64,000 nucleotides of DNA from the human T2T-CHM13v2.0 reference genome, Homo sapiens. The notes beneath the pieces are model-generated. The model saw only the letters and a program-made list of their open reading frames with translations. It was not told the DNA's origin and ran no database searches. Location of the stretch: assembly GCF_009914755.1 (NCBI RefSeq), contig NC_060940.1. One strand, written 5' to 3'. Below are positions 1 through 45,492 of this stretch, in pieces (positions within the stretch are counted from its first letter, which is position 1; every line of letters begins with the position of its first letter). A program made the translations under genes and the position numbers.

Positions 1-224
1 GAGACCCCTATCTCCTGTAGCTGCAGGGTTGAGATTTCTGAGCTCAAGTGATCTGCCTGCCTCACCCTCCCAAAGTGCTGGGATTACAGTTGTGAGCCAC
101 CCTGCCTGGCCAGGGCTGAGATTTGTGAAAAGGAAACCCAAAGTCTCATCTTGCATGTGGCTGAATTATGTCGCAAATCCAATTCCCAAATTCCAGCCTT
201 GCAGGGTGTCTTCAGTTAAAGTGA

Positions 225-730
<506 letters not shown>

Positions 731-1280
731 TCATCACAATTTCTTAGCCCTTTGAGAAACCCTGTGGCCTTCCCTGAGGTAGCTGTCTTGCGGGGCACTT
801 CTGATTCTTCTTGGATCCTATGCCCTTCCCCTCTTTGCTGGACCTGTAACTAGACTCAAGTCCCACCAGGCCCCAGAGAGAAAGGTACACACTGTGACCC
901 ATGAAGAGGTGTGTTACACACCAAAAGAACTGCATGATTTTTCCAATTTATACAGACAAATCCAAGAGACATGTATGGGAGTAGATTTTAAGGTTGTGAG
1001 ATCACGGAAGGACCATAGTGTTGGATCTGGCTGAACGTAATGATATGGGCCCACTAAGCAGAGATTCTTAACTCAGTGCTTTAGCATGAGGGGTTAGAAA
1101 GGGCTCTAACTTGGTTGGTTGGTTGTTTGGTTCGTTGGTTGGTTGGCTGGCTGAAACATGGACCAAAAGGTAGGTGGCCGACACCGTTCCTTATTTTGTT
1201 ATTAATATATTTGTACATTCATATACAAACTTGTATGCTATGATATCTAATACATATTACAGATATAAAACAAATCTTTA

Positions 1281-1670
<390 letters not shown>

Positions 1671-1840
1671 TCACCCAAGGACGTTGCAGCCTCTCTGGGG
1701 AAAGGATTGGCATGTTTTCTGTTGTATGCAGGATGGTTGAGTCATGTTAGGTGGAAGTATGGCTTTGTTACTGTCTTTATCTGGAGATTAAGTGTGGTTT
1801 AAGGAGATGCATACAGGTGCCAGGTTGACAAAGAGAGTAC

Positions 1841-2505
<665 letters not shown>

Positions 2506-3079
2506 GGGGCCGGCTCTGGAGGTTGTGGGGTCCAGTTCCTTATCCCTGTGTAGTGTATTGGCCAGTTGGGGTGGGAATTGCTTCCAGGCAGGCTGTGTCA
2601 TTTGTTCAGGCAGGGTCCCCTCCCCTTGGCTCTGCCTGAGAGCAAAGGCAGGTGGGGGTGGCCCTGGGGAGGGCCTGAAGCTTTGCTCTGTGCCTCCTAA
2701 AGCTTTCCCACTCCAGGGACCAGGCCAGGCAGGCTGGCAGGAAGAGGCAGGCTTCATCTGGAAGGATGTCTCCAGGGTGGAAATGATGAGATTTAAATGG
2801 TGTAGGGACCCGGAGGGTGGGGTGGGACAGCACCACTGACCCAGCTGCAGAGTTGGACCCTCTGAAGCCCATTGTGTACATGAGAATCTGTGTGCCTGAT
2901 TGCGTAGGTGCCTATACATGGATAGGCTGCGAATCTGTGTGCACACAGCTGGCTGGAGAGCACATGAGTAGGTATATGTACCACATTGTCAGCACTCACC
3001 CATTAGCTCCCGGGGACTCACTTGCTGCAGGTGATCCCTGTCCTCGTGGGCTCTACACCCTGGCAGGTCAACACAGACT

Positions 3080-3960
3080 ACAAAGAAACAAGCGGACATA
3101 AAATGACAAGGGCTAGGACAAAAAGCATGGAAAGGAGAGGGGATAACGTGGCAGGGGACATTTTAGAATGCAGTGGTTTCGACACCAGGAGGAGGAGTGG
3201 TTAGACAGTGGTCGGGGAGGGCCTCTGAAGAGGTGACACCTGAATGATGAGCTGGAGCAAACCAAGCAAAGATTGGAGGAAGAGCCTCCAAGCAGAAAGA
3301 ACTGCAAGGACAAAGGCCCTGGGGCAGGAGCGGGTACGTGTGTCCTGTATGTGTGTGTCCTGCACGGTGGCAGGTGTCTGAAGCTGAGCCCAGAGGAGCT
3401 GTGGAGATCAGGCCCAGAAGTGGAGCCACAGCACGTAGGGCCAGAGACCTGCAGTAAGAAATGGGATGTGGTCGAGATGGGATGGGAGCCACCGCAGCAC
3501 CATGGGGCGGGAGCAGCAGAGTCTGATGTTGTGTACTTCAGGGAGCTGGAGTTCTATGAGGGAAGAGCGAGGAGGCGTGTGGGAGGAAGAACAGCCCCAC
3601 TGAGGCCTGCAGGGAAGGCAGCAGACCCCAGGTCAGAGCATGAAGGTAGAGGGGAGGTTCCAAGAAGTGGGTTGGGGAATAAGCACTGGATGGCTGATGA
3701 CAGAGGGCAGGGTGGAGGATGCGGGGCCAGGGAGGGCTGCACAGAGTCCTGGGAGGGTGAGCGGTGGCCCTGGCTGGCTAGGAGGCGCCACCTTGAGGTG
3801 CTACTGGAGGATACGCCGCAGGGAAGGTGGATGGTCTCTTCTGATGACAACCTTCTTGCTGGCATTAGACTGAAAGGGGAGGTGATTTGTAGGGATGAGG
3901 CCAGAGGGGTTGTCCCCAGGGAAGGGCACCAGATGTGGGGCAGGAGAGCTGGTGTGAGTT
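3080..3960 (-). mobile_element. L2 LINE remnant
   Basis: L2-type GGGAGGGCCTCTGAAGAGGTGACA...GCAAGGACAAAGGCCCTGGGGCAGGA; explains the spurious 255-aa ORF. Confidence 0.55.
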
Positions 3961-4160
3961 GCAGCCGTGGGGCCTGGAGGAAGTCACAGCACCCCACTGA
4001 ATTCTCACTTCCTCATCATAACAGACCCTGTGACATATAAAACCTGCTCTGCCCACCGCACAGGGATCACAAGGCTGGAGTGAAATAATGGAGCACTTCC
4101 CCAGAGTGGCACACGGGACCCAGGGACGGGTGTGCAAAACCGTTCTAGGTGGAAGAACAC

Positions 4161-7743
<3,583 letters not shown>

Positions 7744-8163
7744 TGAAGGCGAGATTTTGGCATGACTGAGTGGATGGAGGAAGAACTTGGGGTCAGCGGG
7801 CTGTCACCCTGCTCTGCCGTGGAACCGACTCAACAACAGGGCCACAACAGGCCTTGTTGGACATGGAAGCAAATGAGAAAATTAGTAATACTGATTCAGT
7901 GTTTACTTAAGGTTCTGATACTTTGTCCATTATAGACCTTTTGCATTAATTTTGATTTTTTATTATATAAAATATATATATAACATAAAATTGATCATTT
8001 TAGCCATTCGAAGTGTACAGTTTTGTGGCGTTTAATACATTCACATTATTATACAACCCATCTCCAGAACTCTTTTCACCTTGAAAAACTGAAACTCTAT
8101 TTCCATTAAATATGAACTCACTCCCCGTTCTCTCTTCCTCCAGCCTCTGGTGACCTCCATTCT

Positions 8164-12143
<3,980 letters not shown>

Positions 12144-12272
12144 GAAAGAAAGAAAGGGAGGAAGGAAGGAAGAAAGAAAGGGAAGGGAAGGGAAGGGAGG
12201 GGAGGGGAGGGGAGGGGAGGGAAGGGAGAGAGAAAGAAGAAAGAGAAAGAAAGGAAGAAAGAAAAAGAAGGA

Positions 12273-12332
<60 letters not shown>

Positions 12333-12338
12333 AAAGAG
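12144..12338 (+). repeat. Purine-only GA-rich VNTR ending in (GAAA)16 (CETP promoter tetranucleotide repeat, ~-1.95 kb)
   Basis: GAAA/GGAA/GGGGA blocks forming an Alu tail; perfect (GAAA)16 at 12271-12334. Confidence 0.95.
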
Positions 12339-13881
12339 TGAACCCAGGAACGAAAGATCACACACACTGTATGACTCTATTTACATGAAATGTTCAGAGT
12401 AGGCAAATCCATAGAGACAGAAAGCACATTTATGGTTGCCAGGAGCTGGGAAAGGGCAGGATGGGGAATGACTGTTTATTGGATGTGGGGCTCTATTTTG
12501 GGGTGATGAGAATGTTCTGGAATTAAATTCATGGCTGCATAACACTGTGAACATACTAAATGCCCCTGAATTGTACACTTTAAAATGGTTAAAGTGGCAA
12601 GTTTTCACTAAGCAGTAAATTAAATTCTACTACAATTTTAAAAAGACTAAAAAATAATTTAAAAAAGATTAAATGAGATAACGCAAAAAAGCATTATCTC
12701 GAAAATACAGCTGATATTAGTATAATTCTTACTAAGTTTTAAGAGTCTAAGGTGCAGGATTCTAAGTTTAAAGGGATAGGCTCTTTTGGTTTTTTGGTTT
12801 AGTTATTTGGTTTTTTTTTTTAATCCATTATCCCCACCCTTGGGAGGCCCCCAGCACCCAGTCTGCACTAGAGGATGGGGCCCACCTCCCTTTTCTCTCC
12901 AGGCCCAGCCACTGACCACCAGTACCCTGGCCAGGGGCACCCTCGGTCATTGCCCTCCGTGGCCCAAGGAAGGGAACAGAAACAACAGCCAAGAAGACAA
13001 TAGCCGCCGGGAAGTCCTCACATTTCTGGAGAAATAGAGCCCATTAATGAATGAAGTTCCTCCAGCCTGATCGGAGGACGGGGTGCTGGGGAGGCCTGGG
13101 CTAAAGGGCTCACCTCCAGCCCCCACCCTGGCAGGGCCGATGGTACATGCTCACTCAGTGAGGGGGCTCCAGAGGTCTGTGGGTACGAACCCAAGGGCTG
13201 GTGCCCAGGGGCAATCAGCTTATGTCTCTGAGCCTTGGGAAACAGTGAGGGTCAGCCCGGCTCCCCACGTGCTTCTGGGCAGCTTTGGTATTGGAGCAGG
13301 TGCAAACTCGGGACTAGGGCAGGACCCCCTGAGAGGCGACTGAGCAAGGCCATCCCGACTCATGTTTCCTTGGCCCTGCCCGGGGCACAGCATCCTGCCC
13401 ACATCCCTGCAGCCCTGGCTCCTTCCTAGGGGCTCTGAGGAGGCAGCACTTGGTCATCTGGTCACAGTTGCTGCAGGGCAGTTCTTGGCCCCAGCTGTAG
13501 GTAAAGTACTGTATGTTGTAATTTTTTGAAAGATAACACGTTCACACAACTCAGAATTGAAATGCCACAGACATTCCCCCTGCTCCGCCCCTTTCCCCCG
13601 GATACCCAGTTTCTCCCGGAGGCAGCCAATGATCTCAGAGGCTGTATACCCCCCCAGAGTTATTTTATGCATATCAAGGAAAGTCTACATAGAGGACTGT
13701 TTCTGGGGTACCCAGATGCAGCGTCAAATGCCATGGAATACTACAGTGAGGACATTATCCTTTCAAGCTTTCAAATCAGAGCAAGGGAAAGGTCGATGCT
13801 AGAGTTTCTCTAGCACCCATGAAGCCCTCTCCCTTTTTCTACTGAGTTTTACTTTACAGGCAACAGCAGGCTTCAAGCTTG

Positions 13882-13897
13882 GGGTCATTGTCGGGCA
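13882..13897 (+). promoter_or_regulatory. DR4 LXR/RXR response element of the CETP promoter
   Basis: GGGTCA-ttgt-CGGGCA at about -399 to -384 from the TSS, matching the known sterol-responsive DR4. Confidence 0.88.
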
Positions 13898-14238
13898 ACA
13901 GTATCTGGCAAGAATTCAATGTCTTTTTCTCATAGTCATTGTATTTTGGCCTCTTTCTATTTATGGCAACTGAGAGAGAAAGCTTATTCCTAGATATATG
14001 TATTTAAGTAAAAAATAAATGAATTCATGGAAACATATTAAGCAATTATCCAGATAACATAAGGGATGGCAAAAATGGTGCAGATGGTGGAGGGGAGACA
14101 AGTAGAAGTTGGGGTGCTCTTGTTGAATGTCTGGCTCTGAACTCTAGAGGAGGCCGCAGGGGCTGGGCAGGAAGGAGGTGAATCTCTGGGGCCAGGAAGA
14201 CCCTGCTGCCCGGAAGAGCCTCATGTTCCGTGGGGGCT

Positions 14239-14307
14239 GGGCGGACATACATATACGGGCTCCAGGCTGAACGGCTCGGGCCACTTACACACCACTGCCT
14301 GATAACC
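14239..14307 (+). promoter_or_regulatory. CETP: CETP core promoter: GC box (GGGCGG 14239-14244), TATA-like CATATA (14250-14255), TSS ~14281
   Basis: Motifs seen directly, about 30 nt upstream of a TSS ~27 nt before the ATG. Confidence 0.75.
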
Positions 14308-35978
<21,671 letters not shown>

Positions 35979-36136
35979 AAGTCTCCAAGGAGGTCGGGAT
36001 GGGGCTTGTAGCAGAAGGCAAGCACCAGGCTCACAGCTGGAACCCTGGTGTCTCCTCCAGCGTGGTGGAAGTTGGGTTAGGAGTACGGAGATGGAGATTG
36101 GCTCCCAACTCCTCCCTATCCTAAAGGCCCACTGGC

Positions 36137-36142
36137 ATTAAA
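36137..36142 (+). terminator. CETP: CETP polyadenylation signal (variant ATTAAA)
   Basis: Only PAS-like hexamer I found in the 3' UTR, 159 nt after the stop; cleavage expected around 36155-36165. Confidence 0.85.
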
Positions 36143-36623
36143 GTGCTGTATCCAAGAGCTGGGGAGTCCTTCTTCTGTGGCTGGCGGGTAGAGGGAGGGG
36201 GAAGGGATTGTCTCACCAGTGCCGTCCACCTCTTTTCAGCCCTTCCAAGGCAGCTGCCCCCAAACCCTCCAAGCTTCATGATGACTGGAGGAAGAAATCC
36301 AAACTTCTCTCCTTGGGACTCACGATCCTCCCTGATCAGGTCCCTGGATACCTTCCAAATTTATCCCCTTTAACCCAGCACTCTCCTTGTCTGACCAGCT
36401 TCCTGCAGGAGCTGTCACACACTCTCTGTCCCTTGGGGTTCCAGTGCTGGACAGAAAGTGAGGGAGGACCAGGGCTTCAGATCCTGAGGATGGTGGGAGG
36501 GTAAGGGGCCCTCAGAGGTCTGGTTTCTGGTAGAAATGGAGGAAGACAGAGCCTTTAAAAAGGCAAACGACTTTATTCCAGAAGATAAACTGCTCACGAG
36601 CCTGAGCTTATTTCCAGCTCACC

Positions 36624-39902
<3,279 letters not shown>

Positions 39903-41859
39903 TTAACCATGACTCCCTCCCCACCCACCTCCTGAGTTCTCTCTGCTGTCAAACTTTCCTCTCATATCTCCAGTTTCCCACCCAAAAGTCCAAACACTCA
40001 AGATTCCTTCTCATCTCCAACCCATAAAATCTGATCGGCTTCTCCACACTCAAGTGTAAATGACTGATGGCCATTTGATTGACACTGGAGGGGCTGGCAC
40101 ATTTTTAGCACATTTTTAGCCAAAGGTATGATGTGCTGATAGCGGACTCTCAGGCCACAAGCCAGTCTGAGGACAGGGAAAGTTTGAGGAGGTCACTCTT
40201 CCAGAACCCTTTGGTGATAACCTTTCTGGCAGGCCTGGTACCCCCAGAGTGAAAAGGGCTCCAGGGTCAAGACCCAGCTCTGCCCCTCATTGCTGTGTGA
40301 CCTTCAGCAACTCACTTGATTTATCTGGACCTCAGCTTCTTCATCTGTCTAATGGGATAATAATCTTTGTCCTGCCCTCCTCACAGGGCTGTTCAGAATT
40401 AAATGCATCTGAAAATGATCTGCATTTGTGTCTTGGACTGTGGTTATTTGTTCAAGTGTCTGTCTACCCTGCCTGCACAGGGAGCGGGTCAGGGTCTTCC
40501 CTGGGACTTCATGCACAGGTCTTTCCTGGGACTTCATGTAGGACCAGCCATCCCGTCAGTGCTCAGTGAACATGAGCTGCTTCCCTGTGGGATGTCTGGG
40601 AGGTGAGTGGAAGGCCTTCCTAGCAGGCACATACTGGAACATAATCAATCCCTCCCATGCATACAGCTCACACCCACATTCTTATCCATTCCCACCATGC
40701 CCCTCAGTGGCCTGGGGAGACTAGGAATACCCCACTTGACAGATAAGGAAGCTGAGGCCAGGGGAGGTCAAGGCATTTGTCTGAGGTTGCACAACCAGGA
40801 GTGGTGAAGCTGGGAGTCACACACAAGGAATCACTGCAAAGTCTGTGTCCTTCCCACTCTGAGTAGGACTTGAACCAGGGATGTCCGATGCTGATGCTTG
40901 TGTCCTGACCACTACCTTGCAGCGTCCTCACCCACACCCACCCCAGGCCTGGGAGGCAGGGGAGCACCAGCGGTCTGGGAGTGAAAGTTGCTTCCCTGTG
41001 GGATGTCTGGGAGGTGGGTAGAAGGCCTTCCTAGCAGGCACAGCTGCCCACCGGATGAGTATGTCCAGGGGGAGAGGAGCCCCCTGTCCCAGGATGTGGG
41101 CAAAAACCTGGAGAAGCTGAAGCTGGACTTTGAGGATGGCCCCTGACCCCATCCTGGGACAGCCACCTCCCCTTCCTTCTGCCCCCTCCAGTCCCTCCTC
41201 TCCTTCCCTGCTCTCCCTCCTACCTCTTTCCATCTCCCCCTTTCTGCCTGTGATTCCTCCTGTGACTGGGGCAAGATCCTTCACCTCTGTCCTCCCTGAG
41301 CCTCAGTGGCTCACCTGGAACATAGGGTGATGCCTGCAGAAGTATTTTAGGGTTACTTTATGAGATAAATTGGTAGACTGTTTTTCCCGGGTCAGCCAGC
41401 CAGGGGTTCGGTGAATAGGAGCGAACGCTGCTGCCATTCCCTTCTCCCCTAGTTCATCCTGGAGGCTCTCCGCTCTCCCCCTGGTTCTAAGTCCCCTCCT
41501 CCTGCACCGTATCCCCCCTCCCATCCAACCCAGTCCCCACTGAGGCACTGAGACAGGGTCTTGGCCCAGGGTCCCCACCCACCTGAGCTCCGCATGTGAG
41601 CCGACCTTCACCCGCCTGCCTCAGTTTCCCGTCCACGAAAGGGGTGAGCGCCCCCACGTCTCCTGGGACTGTCCTTGGGTCCGATGCGGGGCTGTGGGGA
41701 GGTGCCAGGGTGTGGGCGCAGCAGGGAGCGGGTGTGTTAGGCCCCCGCCCATCCCGCGCCCGAGCCCCATCTGGCTCGGGCTGGCACCTCGAATCCACGT
41801 GATTTCTCGGCAGCAGCCGCCAGTTCCATGCACTGGCGGAGCAGCTCTAGGCGGCGGCT

Positions 41860-41929
41860 TCTACTTTCAGTTTCGTGCAGAGCGCGGAGGAGCCGCGAGC
41901 GCTGAGGGTGAGTGCCGGGAGCTCTGAGG
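41860..41929 (+). other. NLRC5: NLRC5 non-coding exon 1 (5' end approximate; donors at 41908 and 41930); intron 1 runs past the window end
   Basis: AGG|GTGAGT donors inside the CpG island; no NLRC5 coding exon recognisable downstream within the window. Confidence 0.72.
41863..41874 (-). promoter_or_regulatory. ISRE/IRF element at the NLRC5 TSS
   Basis: ACTTTCAGTTTC = GAAACTGAAAGT on the minus strand; NLRC5 is an established interferon-inducible gene. Confidence 0.8.
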
Positions 41930-43712
41930 GTGAGTGCCGGGCGTGCCGCGGGGCTGCGGGACCCGGGCTGGGGCGAGCGGAAGGGAGAGGATCGGGGTTC
42001 GAATTCTGCACGGAGAGGGGTGGAGGGGATGTCAGAGGCCCTGGAGCGGGAGGTGCGGGTGGCCGGGTGGCTGGCCGATGGATAGCTGGGTAAGCGGACA
42101 GGGCGCCAGTGGCCCGGCAGCGCGCACAGCATGCGCCCCGGCAGTTTGGAGGAAGAGTTGCCGGCCCGCAGAGGATGGCAGATGAGGGTCGCCTGGATGG
42201 GGGGACACAGTAAGCGGCTGTGCTCCCCTCCCTGCGCAGCTCCTGTCACCTACCGGATCCACCCACTCTCTCTGTCTTTTACTTTGCAACTTTTCATTGA
42301 TTTTAAAACAATTACGGAAGTTACACTGTTCATTGTATGCAATTTAGACTTTTTGGCCTAAACAACTTTTTATTGTGGAAAATTCCAAACATATACAATA
42401 GTAGAAGGAATAGAATTAGGTTGAGCCTTCTGCACCTGCGGGTTTTCATATAATGAAGCCCCACCTATCCACGTTCAGCTTGGACAGTCACGACCCCAAG
42501 GCCACCTACTCACGACCCCAAGGCCACCTAGGTAGCCCAATCTCCACCGCTGGTTATTTTGAAACAAATGGCAGACAGCATAGCATCTCAACTGAGGTAT
42601 TTCAGAATGTACTAAAAGATAAGGCATCTTTTAAAAACAAAACCACAGTACCACCAGCATACTACAAACATTTTAATAGTTATTCCTTAATGTCAAATCT
42701 CCAGATTATTTCTAAGGAACATTTAACCTCATAAGTGATAGGTGAATACGTGGGTGTTGTTTTGTTACTTGCTTTCTGCATTCCCATGTGGTTTTCGGTC
42801 ACTATTCTCACCCAGAAAGCCAGGACCTGAAACTGGCTGGGGTGATCATTCGAGGAGGTCGGAAGAGGCTCCTACCTTCAGTGCCGTTTGCGTCCATTTT
42901 ATAAGTTGGAGTTCTTATGTTTCCTTTTTTAAAAGGTTGAAGTTTCTGCAGACCTAAAAAGCAGTTTGAAAACTGGCAGTTCCCAGCCTCTAAAACCCGG
43001 GGGTAGCAGGAGGCAGAGAGTACCCCGGGGCCAGATCCTGGAGCCTCATTGTCCCTTCAAATCACCTTCCGTTTCTCTAAGGGAGAAATAAACCTTGAAA
43101 AGCCATGGGCTTTTCAGATGTATCTAGATGTATCTGATGCTTTTCAGGTGTATCTAGACTCCCATCCAGCGTGCTTTCTGCAAAACTTACTGAACCATAG
43201 CCCAGAATGGCCATCCATGATGCCCACCCGCCTTGTCTCCTGAAGCACATTGCCAGGTGGACCTGCACATGGTGTGGACGGCAGACAGACTGGGGCTCTC
43301 AACAACTGGTATTTGCTGGATGACCATGAACTAACCATTCAATTTCTCGAAACTTTGGTTTCTCGTCTGTAAAATGAACATATGCAAATCTATCCTACAA
43401 AGTGTGTTTTGTGGATTGAATGAGATGATACACGCCCACCCAGTGCCTTGATCAACCTTAAAGTGCTGCACAAGTGTGAGGGGAGATGGATCCTTGAAGA
43501 AGACAGACAAGCAGAGGGGAAAGATCTTGGAAGAGTTTCACAATATGCTGAACTTTATTCCTGGATCAGATACAGAGCTGTCCGGGTGTCCACAGGGCCG
43601 GGTCAGCCTCCTCAGACCCCAACACACATACCCTCTTCCCCTCTGAGGAAAATTCAGCAAAACTTCTTTTGCTGTTGTTGTTCTTTATTCCTTTTTTTTT
43701 TTTTTTTTTTGA

Positions 43713-44087
<375 letters not shown>

Positions 44088-44134
44088 TGAGCCACCACAC
44101 CCAGCCATAACTTCTTAGCATGACTTTTCCCATT

Positions 44135-44623
44135 TGTTATGAGTTCAATTGTGCCTCCCCACAAAAGATATGCTGAAGGCCTAACCCTCGGCGCCTCCTA
44201 ACGTGACCTTATTTGGAAATAGGGCTGTTGCAGATATAACTGGTGAAGATGAGGTCATACTGGAGTAGGATGGGCCTTGAATCCAATAGGACCGGTGTCC
44301 TTATAAGAGAGGAGATGGACACATGAAGACAGAGACATACGGGGATCAGACAATCATGGACGGAGGAGGAAGAGAGTGCGGCGATGCATCTAGGAGCCAC
44401 AGGACACCTAGAATGGCCAGCAGCCGGTGGGAACCAGGAGAGGCAAGGACGGATCCTCTCCTCCAGCCTTCAGAGGGAGCCCGGCCCTGACCACACCTCG
44501 ATCTCAGACTCTGACCTCCAGAACTGCGAGAGAAGAAATCTCAGTTGTTTTAATGTACGCAGCTTGTGGCACTTTGTGACAGCAGATACAGCAGTACTGT
44601 GACAACACTAGGAAACGAATACA
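44135..44623 (+). mobile_element. MLT1 (B/C-like) LTR
   Basis: TGTTATG...CTTATTTGGAAATAGGG...GAAGATGAGGTCATACTGGAGTAGG...AGGAAACGAATACA. Confidence 0.8.
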
Positions 44624-44704
44624 CCATCCCAGCATCTCTGCTCTGTTTTCCATACAGAATTGAACTAAGGACCAGGCAAGCTAATGCAAATCCAAACACT
44701 GTAA

Positions 44705-44908
<204 letters not shown>

Positions 44909-45397
44909 TGAGTAGCTGGGATTATAGGCACCTGCCCCCATGCCCAGCTAGTTTTTGTATTTTTAGTACAGACAGGATTTCACCATGTTGGCCAGGCTGG
45001 TCTTGAACTCCTGACCTCAGGTGATCCACCTGCCTTGGCCTCCCAAAATGCTAGGATTACAGGCATGAGCCACCAACACCCAGCCCATATATTCATATTT
45101 TTAATGGACTTATACATGAAAATGGTATCTCACTTTTAAAAATAAATGATATGGAATTACGCGTTAAAGGAAAATTAAATCTTATTATATCATGTTTTAA
45201 AATTTTTAATTTTTCATAGCTAATACATTTATGTAGTTTTAAAAATGTAAAACATTTGGAAAGATATAATGAAAAATAAGTCTCCTTCCATCTCCTGTCT
45301 CCCAGCCACCCAATTGCCCTCCCCGAAGACAGCCAATGTTATCAGGTTCTTGTGTCTCCTTCCAAAGACAGTCTAAGTGTGTTTTTACAAACATGGA

Positions 45398-45429
45398 TAT
45401 ATACATATATATATACACGTATATATGTG

Positions 45430-45469
<40 letters not shown>

Positions 45470-45492
45470 TATATAGACACACACACACATGT
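45398..45492. repeat. Compound (TA)n/(CA)n microsatellite
   Basis: Alternating purine-pyrimidine run. Confidence 0.9.

Larger units (their letters stand above)
41690..42260. promoter_or_regulatory. NLRC5: CpG island / promoter of NLRC5
   Basis: High GC and CpG density with an ISRE and a first-exon donor. The gene name comes from known synteny (CETP-NLRC5 tandem); no NLRC5 coding sequence is in the window. Confidence 0.85.

Noticed and set aside
3273-4040. Longest ORF in the track (255 aa)
   Set aside because: Non-ATG start, lies on a G-rich L2 remnant, no recognisable domain or splice context.
41487-42361. Overlapping ORFs at the CpG island
   Set aside because: Stop-poor GC-rich promoter sequence; none resembles the NLRC5 protein, whose CDS lies beyond the window.
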